DNA of 64,000 nt, taken from contig JAYWIR010000026.1 of the NCBI GenBank assembly GCA_036172245.1, positions 1,984,001 through 2,048,000 on the forward strand. Reading direction: 5' to 3'. Positions 27,001 to 38,800 of this stretch are shown here, piece by piece. Each line of letters opens with the position of its first letter. The first letter of the stretch is position 1. A program made the translations under genes and the position numbers. A model generated the notes under the pieces. That model was given only the letters and a program-made list of their open reading frames with translations. It did no database searches and had not been told where the DNA came from. The DNA is from Raillietiella orientalis (taxonomy: Eukaryota).

Positions 27001-30000
27001 CGGAACGCAAGGGAATTTTTCCCGAAAGGCGATTCCAGTCCCATCGAATCATTAGGGATCGCCGTGGTCCCGAGTTTTATTTCGTTAAACGTAATTTATG
27101 GAGCGGTCGTCGGAGCAAACCCGCTCGTCGCGGGATCGGCTTCCGGAGCACTCCATTAATTAGCGGGAAGATCCACGCGGATGATTCACCTTCTGCTATC
27201 TCCCCGGTCTGTCTCGCGTCCTATCCATTCATCTCGACTTTTTGATTAAACCAGTATTATCATTTAAATGCTCCTCGGAACGGCACGGGTTTTTCCTTCC
27301 CGTCGATCCTGCTCCGGAGGCTGGATGTGCCGATTGATTATCTCCGAGGTCGCGAAAACATAACGCGCGCGTTCCCCCCAGCTCCGGATTCCTCCTCGTT
27401 TTCCTCCGCGTTTTCAGAATTCCAGCCGCCCCGTTTCACCTATTCGCATCGATCTGCCCGGCCGTGGTCGCCACACTAGCAGGATGAATGCGGATGCTCT
27501 CAGGAAGTTGTTTCCAGCTTCCGCACCGGACAGAACGAACGGCGGAGAGCTCGGATTTATGATGCACTTATGATGAGGCCGTCCTCAGCTCTCCGATTGA
27601 TCTTTCGCCCTTTTGCTCCCCTCGCTCGCGGGAGGACCGTTCTTGTGGTTCCGACGCCTCGTGGTGGCCAGTCCTGGTGTCGGAGGTGTGCAGCCTCGTT
27701 CGCATCCTTCGCCTTGCCCGACCGCGAGGAGGAGTGCCGATGTAGATGGTCCCGCGAACTTGTCGAACGCTCCCTTCCCTAGCGGATCCACATTTGTGTA
27801 ACGGCTGATCCGGCTGTTGGGGTGGGGGTGGGGTCTGGAGAAATTCCAAAATGGATTTCACCGTGCCGGGTTTCCGTAGACGCCTGTCGGTTGGTTCCTC
27901 CATCACATTCGGCCGGTGACAGCGTGCGCTCTTTCCGTTTGGCTTCCTCTCGTCCACCCACTCGCGCACCTCTCCATCCCAGCCCCCGAAGAGTTGCAGG
28001 CAGCCGGAGGTTGCATCCCTCGACAGCTTGGTTCCTCGCGAATCCCGTCGGGGCGCATGCGAGCGCAAGCGCCTCTCTCATCCATTTCGCGCCACCGTCA
28101 TCCCCGCGGTCTCCCTTCGGTGGAGCTGTTTGTTGACCAGAGTTTGGTTCGTGCGGATGGTGGCCGGGAGCAGAGGCCGAACTTCCATGCTGCCAGCGGA
28201 AGCGCATGTCCCATTCTCCGCAGCACGTACGCGCCGCCGCTCCCTTCTGGCGCGCTGTTGGCGAGGCGAACGTGCACCTTTGCCTGCCAGGAGGAGCGAG
28301 GCACTGCTTTTCCTTTTTTCCTCCCGTGTTCGCTCTCTGTACACGGGACGCCCGGGTTCCTCAGCTCCCTCCTCCTTCTTGTGCCCTTCTTCGAGAGGAA
28401 GGTCTTCGACCGGTTTCGCGCAGCACGGGGTGACCACGGTCGCCAGCGAAGTGGACGCGACGGATGCGAGGCACCAGCAGGTGCCTGGCACGTCCGTGCA
28501 TGATTACTGTTATCCCGGGATGGGCATTGCTCTCTTCCGTGTCAGAAAGAGTTGGAGTTGGTTGCTTCAGAACCTGCGCTGTTCTTGCATCTGTCCCATG
28601 CGTTCCGTCGTGCTTCTTTCTCTTTTGTAATGACGCAAGGAGTGGTAGCTCTTCGGGATCTTTCTTCTTGCAGTGCACAGGCATCTTTGTGTATTGTGCG
28701 GTGTGCACGTACAATTCAGGAGAAACGGTGTCACAAAATGATTTATCTACGACACGTTGAACGTGTCCTCGTGGCATTCATGTTCCACGGAATCGCGTTC
28801 TGTAGAGGGGTGCGGGTGTTCTGAACCTGTAGTTCATGTAGCCATTTTGATGCACTCCATCCACTCGGTAGGAGCTCTGAAATTTTCGAAACACGTAGCA
28901 GCGATGGACAACGGCGAAGCCAAGTGTTGCTTCCTATTTATCAAAGTGGAAAAGCGGAGCGAACATTCTTAAGAGTATGGTGGGCTGCTTCTGCGCTGTC
29001 AGTTCTGTCTGCTGCTGGTGGTATTGGGAGGTTTACGCGGAAGCGTGGCGCGAGTTGCCGATTTCTTCAGTTCTTCTTCGGTGGGTCCAAAGAGGCTGCT
29101 GGGTGGGAGCGTCGTCTGCGTGAGTAAACATTGACGTGTAAGGCACCACGGAACCAAAGTTTCCAAAGCGGGGGCTGTCCAGGCCTCTGGAACCGCGTTG
29201 TGCGTCTCCTATTTAAATAAAGTGTATGCATAAATGCATTCTACTCGAATCGTTCAGCGTCCAACCGTTCACAAATCAAATTAGAGATAATCTCATAAAA
29301 GCGGAATCGTTCGATGGATGTTCGATGGATTTTCACGAATCTTCATTTCGTAGGATGGAAGGATTCGTACGAAAGGTGCAGCGTATTCTATGTGCAATAA
29401 GAAAAAAAAGAAAAAGAAAAACAGCATGAATAAACCGAGCAATTTACCAAGTAAAATAAATGGAGGTGATGTCAAATACCTTTTCTGCAGTTACGTACGC
29501 CCTGGCCGAGGTGTAATGGAAATGCCCAAATTCTGTGTGTCGTAGGCCTATTTCGCACGCTGCGCCCGAAAGTTTTTACTGCCTGCACGAAAGCAGGCTG
29601 TTGTTGTTTTCCCGATTTTCCCGATCGAGTCCTTTCGTTGTGTACACCATTGCTCATTATTTTACAGATGCACGTAACAAACAAGCCAAAAAAAGGAAAA
29701 CGAATAATCATTACCATGAAATCGAATGCTGCACCAGATGAAGTAGGTGCCTACTCCTGCGCTGGTTGAAGTGTACGGGCATGCCGAAGGGTGTGTGTGG
29801 GTGTGTGCGTGTGGTACTCCTGGCCCCATGCATTGTTGTTGCGCAGGGCGGCCATGTTTTGAGCCGTTGAGGTGTACGCGGTCTTTCCTTGCCCGCAACC
29901 CTGCTGTGAGCTCGGGGAGGGAACACCACCGCCCGCCCATCACCTGGAGTGGGGTGGTGTTGGCTGTTTGTGAGTCTTCCGATCGTGAGTGTGTACGGTG

Positions 30001-32598
30001 GGCTGGCTGCGTGGTGCACGAAGAGTGTCGGGTTTCCTTTTTCCTTTTCGTCGTGTAAGTAGCTTTAAAAAAAAGAAAAAAAAAAAAAAAAAAGAAGGAA
30101 GAAAGTGGAAGCGGAGCGTTTATTTTTGGACGGTCTCTGCCGGGAGGACTATTGTTGGACATCCGATTCGCCATGTCTTTGTGTAGGGAAGGCGTCCCAC
30201 GAAGGACCCCATCGCGGTCTCTCGGGTCGGAGACCGTTTCCCGACAGTTTCCTGTTGGAATCCGTTCCTGTTTCATTATGTGCACTTTTTTTTTCTTTCT
30301 TTTTTCTCTCTCTCTCTTTCTTCCCCGCAATTTTTGTATCGTAAGCTCCGTGAAACTCGCAAATCGCGATGCGAAAACCACGTGGAAACGGTTCCTTCTT
30401 GCGGTATTGGATTTCTGGCAAATAAGTAAAGGTCTCGGGCAGAGGCGAGTTCGGTCGGCGGGAGGAGGAGGAGGAGGAGGAGGAGATCCGTGGTCGCCGC
30501 CGACCGAAAGCCAAAGAAGAGGGAGGGAAAAAAAGAGGAGCTCTTGGAATTTTTTTTTGTATTTTTTATCTTTTGTTTTTTTTTTTTTTTTTTGTAAAAA
30601 AAAAAAAATACTGTGGTAGCGAGAAACAGTAGCTGCGGCGAAACTTTCGTGAACATCCCGCATGTGGGGCGAGCAACGCAGTGTGATTGCGTTGTCCTTG
30701 CCCCCCTCCCCAACGCTCGGCAGGGAGAGCGAGAGCGCAGTTCCTCCCGAACGGCGGTAACATCACGGCGGCGGCGGCGGCGGGAAGTGCCACGTTCCGG
30801 CTCGTGAACCGGAACCTCGCGGGAGAGCTTTCTGGAAGAAGCTCTTTTCCCTCCCCCCTCCCGCCCGCCCGCCCCCCCTCCCCCTCCTCCTTCCCCCCCC
30901 GACCGCTACCGCGGGCAGCGATTTCCCCGGCCCGTTCACGGATCTCAGCCGCAGCTGTGGCGGTTACCAGGCTGCTATAATTGGATTCCCGAGGAGCACG
31001 CGTTTCTCACGCGGCGGTGCGGAGCGGAAAACCCCGTGTGTGTTCGTGCGTCGCCGCCGCCGCCGCCGCCGCCGCAGGTTCTCCTCCGATCAGCCCCTAT
31101 TAGTGGATCCAGCTCGTGGGGGAGGATGCCCGAGATGGAGAGGAGGGAGGTGGACGTCACGGAACACTGCCGCATCGAATCGTCTTCTGGCCTGCCCGAG
31201 CTCTTCTGGTGTTGCGATCGGAATTCCAGAAATGTCCTGTCTGAGGGGGAGCCTTGTGGCTTTCTTCCCGCCGGTACGCCCCCAGCGTCGCCACCCGCGC
31301 GACGCAACCTCGAGCAGGGACGAGACGTCGTCGTCGTCGTCTTCGGCGGCGGCGGAAGGAAATGAATTGCGTGCTGCGTGTTTCCTCTCCCGGCCGGCCT
31401 CACTCGCTTGGCGCTCGGTGGCTGCGGTATCAGAGGGAGACGGAGTGCCATCACCCGCACTCTCTCGCTCGTTTTCTACCCTTCCTTGGCAGCTGTGAGG
31501 CAGTGCGGCATGCTCGTGCTCCCCCCCCCCCTCCACCCCCAGGCGCGCTCTCTGTGTTTCCCCCTTCTGTCGTGGTCGTCCATAGCCACCGGCGCGCGGC
31601 CGCCCTTGACGCGTTCCGTGCGAGCGGGAACGTGGCAGCGGACGGGAAGCGAGGAGGGACTCCTTCCTGCGGAACGCCTGCCCGCCATGCGTGAAATTCT
31701 CCCCCCTGTCCCCCCCCCCCTTCGACAGCAGTGAAAATAAATAGGGCGTTCTCGAAAAGGGGAGCCCCGGACGGGGATCACGTGGCGACCCTCGCGATCC
31801 CCTCGGCGAACCCCTTCCGGGACGCCGATTCCCTTTGTGCGCAAGCTCTTCCCTCTCCCCTCCCCCTCCTTCGGTTCAACGTCAGAGCGCGCGAGGGGAA
31901 AAGGGGGGAATCGTCGACTCCTCGCCGTCGCGGGAGTAGGAGGAAGTCGTAAATCCCGAGGACGCCCGGCATCGGACGTTTCCCGTGACACCTCGGTGAT
32001 GTTCCGCCCGTGCGCGATCGGCGTTCCCTCGGGACCTCAGGCAGAGAAACGGCCGGCTCCAGTAAGCAGGGGCCACTCCTTCCGGCCCGAGGACCTCTCT
32101 CTTTTTTTCGGTCTCTTTTATCCCCACCCTTTCCGTCCCTTCCCGTCGAGTGCAACCACCGGACGTAGAACGGGGGAACCGAGGAAGTCGACAATCTCAC
32201 GTGCTTCCCCAGGGATCCAGTGGATGGGTGTCCTGGTCGCCTCCCCCCCATGCTGGAAGGGATTAATGGTTGCACGCCCGCCTGTTTGTTTGCATGTACG
32301 CAGAGCAGTCCTTTTCACCTTCGCGCTGCTGGTGCTGCTCTCTGCGGTTAATCCTCTCGAGTCTGCGGATTTCCCCCCTCTCCCCCCCCTTCTCAGGTCA
32401 TGGGTGAATAGGAGGAAGGACCGCGTCGTCAGTGACCAAGGAACTTCCTGCGCTTTCCCACTCGCGCGCGCGCGCGCGTCAAGTCGACGAACTTTCTTGC
32501 CCCTTTTTTCTTCTGCCTGCGCAGCCTTTGAGGCAGAAGAAAAAAGGGGCAGACTTGGGGGCTGCAGTGTCTTATCGTTTCTTTTCCTCTTCTTCCAG
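24068..32598 (+). other. NOL4: NOL4-like intron 1 (8531 nt, GT-AG, phase 0)
   Basis: Donor GTAATG. Acceptor TTTCTTTTCCTCTTCTTCCAG with a strong polypyrimidine tract. Joining gives a continuous NOL4-like frame (PAK|DQDG). Confidence 0.9.
27075..27345. promoter_or_regulatory. Candidate intronic enhancer (homeodomain-site cluster)
   Basis: AT-richer, repeat-free island within GC-rich intron 1, containing TAATTTATGG, CATTAATTAG, TGATTAAA, CATTTAAATG and GATTGATTAT. Confidence 0.3.
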
Positions 32599-32736
32599 GA
32601 CCAGGACGGGAGCGAGAAGCCCGTGTACAAGAGGGTGGCCATCGTGGAAGACTTCTTCGACATCATCTTCAACCTGCACGTAGAGACCGAAGGGAAGAAC
32701 GGAAAGCATGCTGGACAGAAGAGAACGTACCGTGCG
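32599..32736 (+). CDS. NOL4: NOL4/NOL4L-family protein, coding exon 2 (46 codons, DQDGSEKPVYKRVAIVEDFFDIIFNLHVETEGKNGKHAGQKRTYRA)
   Basis: Close match to recalled NOL4 RVAVVEDFFDIIYSMHVE...KHAGQKRTYKA. Flanked by TTCCAG| and |GTAAGG, both phase 0. GC3 37/46. Confidence 0.96.
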
Positions 32737-35700
32737 GTAAGGATCTCATCGATAGGCGGACTGGGAGGGATCTGCGGGGAATTATGGCAGACGAAAGGGA
32801 AAATTGAGAAAGGAGTGCCGCATTTCGTCTGCTCTGCCACCCGCACGGTGCGTTCGCTTCTTTCTTTCTGTTTCTCTCCTCCTCCCGGCGAAGGCGCAGG
32901 GTCCTGGCCGCATCCAATCGCATCTCTTCCCCCCGTACCTTTTGCGCCGGAGGCGGTGGGGAGGCACGAAGGAAAGCAAGGCGAAGGCAGTCTCTCCTCC
33001 CCCCTCCTCCTCCTCCTCCTCGCTTCGTCCCCTCCCCTTCGCTCTTTCTGGACGAGGCGCGTCCGGAGGCGGCCCGCAGGAGGCGGATGCTCCGACTCGC
33101 TTGGTCGTGGTCTCCGCCACGGCAGCTGCGGAGGGAGCAGCCCGGAAGTTTCTGAATCAAAAAAAAAAAAAAAAAAAAAAGAAAGAAAGAAAGAAAGAGA
33201 GATGGAAAGAAAAGGAGGCAAGGATAGCGGCGCCTCCTGTCCCGGCGGTGACGTCATAGGCGACATGAGCGTCCCAGCCAGGCACTGCGACTGCTGCCTC
33301 TGCATCGCATACGTGCTGCCGCTTTCCGAGAGGTTCCCTTTGTCGCGAGCAAGAGAGCTCCGCACGCCCTCCGGAAGCGACTGGGGCGGATTCGCGCGCT
33401 CTTCGTTCTCCCCCCTCCCCTTCGCCACCTCCGCCCTTTGCTCTTCCACGATGTGTCGCTCGCGGTAATACTCCCCGACTCTCCCCCCTACCTCTTCGCC
33501 ATCCCTTTTCCGTCTTGCCCCCGCCCCCTTTTGCGCGTCTCCCTCTGGTGCACGCACTTCTCCGTCCCGAGCTTCCTATTTCGCTGGACGGTTTCTTCCG
33601 GCGGAAGTCCCTCTCGACGGCGGCCTGTTTGCCGTTCGCCCATCCCCCCCTGTCCCGTTCCCCCCCCCCCTTTTCCTCCCTGGAAGAATTCCCGCCGCGT
33701 TCTCGAGAGATCCCGCGGCGTTCCCTCCCGCTCCGCGATCCTAGGCGCGCGTCCCCGCAGGGCGGGGCTGACCGGGCCCGGAGATGCGGCGGAGATAAGC
33801 GGCCACCTGGGGGACGGACGCGAGCAGATGACCCCGTCGCCCGCAGGCGCTCCTCTCCTCCGCTGCCGCCGCTGCGCGTCTTCGCTCTCCCGGACGACAG
33901 CTGAAGCGCGACAAAAACAATTGCCCCGCCCGCCCGGCTTCGTCGTAGTCGTCCGGCCGGGGCGCCTTCCCAGGTTCGCGACCCCGACCGTCCTGCCTGC
34001 TACGGACAGACATCTGGACGGGCGCCCCTTCGGCGGCGGCGGCGGCGGCACCGCCGGGGAAGGATGTTTGCGCAGGGAGTGCGGGCTGCGTTCCGCCGGA
34101 GGACGCGGCTTCCCCGGGATTAGGCTCCGCACGGGTTCCCGCTCCTTCCTCTCCTCCCCTCTTCTCTCTCGCCCACGGGCTCCACTCGTTGTTTGCCGGA
34201 GGAGGCGGTGACGGCGGCAGCAGCAGCGACAACAGCAGCAGCGCATCCCCCTCCCCTTCTGCTCCCTTTCTCCTCCCTCTCTCCTCCCTCTCTTGCGCGA
34301 GGTGCGGATTATCCCGCCGCCGTGGCATGTAACTTTTTCCGGCTCCGCGGGAGCATCCTCGTCGAGACCACGCCTCACTTCGATCCTGGGAACCCCCCCC
34401 CCGCAGCAGGCAGGACTTTTCCTTCAAGGGTCTACCTTACCCAGGAGGGAAGCGAGCGCATCGGCAGGGAAGGAAACCGCAGCGAGGACTCAGAACCCCC
34501 TGGGGAGTGACAGGGAGGGAGGACGAGGAGAGATTGAGCAGGGACTCTTTCGCAGTTTACTGAGCCGACGTCTCCGTTCACCCAGCGCGACGCTGCGTCA
34601 CTCTCTGGAGGGCTGGACGGCAAGGTCCCGTGACTTTCCTTCTCGCCCGTTTCGAGACCTCTCGTCGAAAGAGAAGCCTCCTTCTCCCTTCTGTTGCTTT
34701 GGACCCGAACGGACGGCAGCTGGGTGTTCCAGGTTGACTCCGCTTTCTCTTTGCCCCCCCCCCCCCCCCGCGGCCGGATTTCAATCTTGCCATTGCTGCA
34801 TTGCTTCCTCGATCTGGCTTGGGAATGGAGACCTGGTCGCCCCGCATTCCGCCTGAGCCGACCCCTCCCTCCGCCTTTCCTCATACGTTGCCGGGGCAAC
34901 GCGAAGAGAGTGCCGTTTTCCTGGAGAGCACGAGTCGGTAGGCGTCGTCGATATGTGGTCGTATGTCGGGAACTCGCAGCGACGGAAGGAATCGCGGCAT
35001 CTAGGCGCTCGCTTTTCTTCGTTGGCAACCCTAGTGGTGGTGGGGGGGGGGGAGTGAAAACCGGCCGTTATTCCCTGGGGAAAATGCGCGTTGCCAAGGA
35101 ACGTCCTTCGACTTCTGTCCTCTGCAGTGCTGAACTCGGAAGGACGCTGCGTTGGCGGTCCCCGCCACGCGGTCTGTCTTCCACTTTTTTTCCCCTCGTC
35201 TTCGCTTCTACCGCTCTCCGTTTGCTGCTTGGCCACCCCGATAGAAATACCACAACAGTGGAATTGGGGAGGGCGAGAAAAGCGTAGGAACCCAAGAAGG
35301 ACGGGGGAAGGGTAACACGCTGGACGGCCGACTCTTCGGGACGGCCGACATCGAATGCGTCTTCCAAGTTCCCGGCACCAGCATCTTGGGAGATGGGAAT
35401 TGTACGCTGCACGGTATACGGGGGCCCATAGCGTCAGCAGCAGCAGCAGCAGCCAACGCTGTTCTCAGCGTTCATGCATCGGCTCCGACCGCACCGGAGC
35501 TTAGTGAACCTCCCTCGGCTGCCAGGTGAAGCTGCCGCTTCTCCCAGTGGCGTTCCCGTGTACACTCTTCCTCTCTCTACATCCTTCTGTATTGCGTCCA
35601 CACCAAGATTCCTGCGTGGCCAATCGCGATCGGGAAGCTTTCCGTTCGTGGGAGAGGGAAAGGTGTCGCCCGTCCGGAGAGAGACGCTCTCGCGACGCGG

Positions 35701-35862
35701 AGGTGGGCAAGTGGGATGTCTTTTGCAGCACGCTCCTCTCCCTCTGCTTTGCTCTCCCTCCTCCTCTTAGAGCGGGGGCGCCTGGCTCCCTCTCGCCCGC
35801 CCGCGCTCCGGGGTGTAGATGCGTTGCGGGGTCACACGTGGCTTCCGTTGCAGTACAGGTGG

Positions 35863-35888
35863 GAGAGAGAGAGAGAGAGAGAGAGAGA
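35863..35888. repeat. (GA)13 microsatellite
   Basis: Read directly. Confidence 0.95.
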
Positions 35889-38800
35889 ATAAGAGAGACC
35901 TCCAAGCCCTCTGGCTTTGGCTGCTGCCACCGCTACCTCCGCTCCAGTTCTGGACGAACAGCCAGCCGCTCGACCCGGCGACGACGGCGGGCATGGAGCG
36001 CGCGCACCAACGGAAGAGAGAAGGGCAAGGCGTGGGAAGGCTGGGGTCGTCTCCCGTCGCTGCTTCGGACTATCCCGCCTTCGCTCCCTGCGGCGATTGC
36101 GTCACAGGCGAACGAATGGCCGACGAAGCTCCCGCTAATGCGGGTCTCCCGTATCCGGGAATGGTTCGCGTCGCGAGGCGTCCCGTATCTCTTCCATTAA
36201 CCCGGCACATCGTAAAGAGCAAGTACTTTTCCTCAGTACCTTTTATTGCTTCCATTTAGCAACGCCGAAATGCTCTTCCCCCCGCCCTCCTCCCCTCTCC
36301 CTCCCCAAATCGCAACCGAAGGTCCACGCAGTCGCACACGTCCGTATGTCTGGCCGTGGTCGGAACGAGAGGGAAAAATGGTCCGCAGCAAGAATACCAG
36401 AAGCTGCGAAGGCCGCTGCTGCCGCTTCTCCTACCGCCGCTGTTGTGATGGCGGCAGCGGATGCTCATTCCGTTTCGTACCGGCGTTCGCTGCAGCGAAG
36501 GACCGCCGACTGTAGTTCCCGAATCCCGCAACAGATGGCAGTATAGGAGAGGCGAGCGAGAAAGAGGGGGGGGGGGAAGGAAGGGGAGAAATTTCCGTCC
36601 TCGTTCGTCCGCGCTGCCGACCGTTCCGGGACTTCCCGGCTTCCATCCGGAGACCGGGGCGTTCAGGCAAGGGGAGCAGCAAAAGAGCGTACGGCGTGAG
36701 GAAGCCTTTCCTCGTGACTCCCCCCTGTCGGGTGGGTGCGGCGTGCATTTTCCAGACAACGGCGGCGGGGACTTCGCTCGTGTCCCCTTCCCCATTTTCG
36801 AATGCTGTCGGGAAAGACCGATCCCGGAGGTCAGGCGTGTGCACGCGGGCGGGAAGTTTTTTCTGCCGACGGCAGCCGCGGAGGTCCACCCGTCCCGCGC
36901 GATGCATCTGCGTGCCCTTGCTCCGAGTAGGGAAGCTCTCGAGGTGACTCCCAGTGATAAAGAGAGGGAGGGAAAGGTGCGTCGCCAAAGTGCGAGCGCA
37001 GCGAGAGTCCCTACGCGCGGGGGCGTCGGCAGCGGTGACTTCCACGCGTGGATCACCGACCGCTCCTTCTCCCCCTCCATCCGTGCTTCTAGTCACGCGC
37101 GGGAAGAACGACGGCGTCCTCCCCCCCACACATTTCTGGTTGGTTGACGCCCGTTCCGGACGTCCCGAAGGTCCGTTTTTTCTTTCTTTCGCAAAGGGAA
37201 AAGCGAGACAAAGAGGGGGAAGGGAGGGAGGGAAAGACACGGGCGGTCCGAGGCAAGGCTGTTCCGGAGGCTGCGTGGGTGCGCGCGAGCGTGTTCCTTA
37301 GGCGTGTCTGCGTGCAGCGGGGTAGGAACGGCGGAACCGTTGCGCCGGGCACGTCATCCGCCTCCGAATAGGTTCAGAAGGCCGGGAGGGCTGCTGTGCC
37401 GCCGATGCGTTTGCCGCTCAGAAAATTGGCGACCACGACTTGTGGGAAGAAGAGGGAATTCTCGTTTTCGTTTTCTGCCTGCAATACCCTCTGTGGTAGA
37501 CCCTCCCTCACGCGCAGGGGGAAGAGTGGAGGAGTGTGGGCCCGTTCCTACTCGGTTTCGCCAGGACACGAGGGTCCCCAGCATCATCATCGCTGCGGAG
37601 CGTCGCACCTTCTCCGCTAGCGATCCGCTTCTGTCCCAGCAGCAGCAGCAGTCGTCTTCACTCGCACTTCTCTCTCTTTCACCCTCCGTGGCCAGTATCC
37701 GTCCGGCAGAAAGAGGCGGGGAAAGGGAGGAGGAGGAGGAAGCTGCGAGCCCATCGGAGGCGGCGACGTCTCCTCCGAGGCGCGCATCTCGGAAGGCCTT
37801 CATCCATCTTCCGGAGATGTGCGACCAGGCAACGGCGGTATCTGCGTCGTTTTCCAGCGGAATTCTTCCCCTCCCTCTAATGCGTCGCCTCCTCGCGCCA
37901 TTATCCTGTTAATAAAGGAGGAAATCTCCCGCACATTACGGGATTTGGGAGCGTGCCGGCCGACGATATTAGCGTCTGGGAAAAAAGGGGGATCGGGAGT
38001 GAGATCCCGCTCGCGATAGGAGGGGAGTCCGCACGCTTTCGCGGAGTGATCGCCCCCACGCGCGGACGCGCCGGCACGCGGCGGAGGCCAGGAGCTGACG
38101 CTCACTCGGGAATGAGAAGGGGGAAGAGGAGGGGAGGGAGGAGGGGAACAATCTGGATTGTGCTCCTCCTGCCTGAGAGGATACTCCGCGGGAACGCAGT
38201 CGACGTCCGCAACATGGTCCCCTCGGAGTCGCCGCAACCTGGCAGCAGCGTCCTCCGCCGGCGAGATTCGAGCGGTCACTTCCAAGAGGGACGAATGCAA
38301 GAATCGGAAGCCTTGCTTAGTGACCCATGCAGAGCGGGAAAGCGCACGTGCCTGGTGGGTTCCTCACTTCCCGTCCCAGACGCGCAAGGAAACTTCTCCA
38401 GGCTTTCCCGACAGCCGGGGTACAGGCACCCAGGGGAAAGCCGGCGTGTAGTCAGACGCCGGCGACATAGAGGGCAGCAGCGCGCGGAGTTGCGAGATTT
38501 TTTTTTTATTTGTGCAGCCCCTGGGAGGGAAGCGAGCTGCGGTCGGAGGGGCCGGAGCTTACTCTGTATTCACGTCTGGTCCCCTTTTGCAGTGTGACTC
38601 CTGAAACCCACGGGGTATTCACGCATTTTTTTTTTTTCCTGTCGGTTTCTACTGGAGGTGTCCTAGGACGCCGTCTACAGGGCATCGGTGTGCGACACTG
38701 GAGGATCCTCCAGTGTTCCCAGTCCTTAGAGCTCTTAGGAGGTGCACGCCCAGGGAGACTTCGTGCTCGTGCGAGGACCATGACTAGCACTCGTGAGATG

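Noticed and set aside
31837..33468. 543-aa ORF as a single gene (and likewise 23444..24496 as a whole)
   Set aside because: Only the splice-bounded NOL4-like segments look coding; the rest is intronic read-through.
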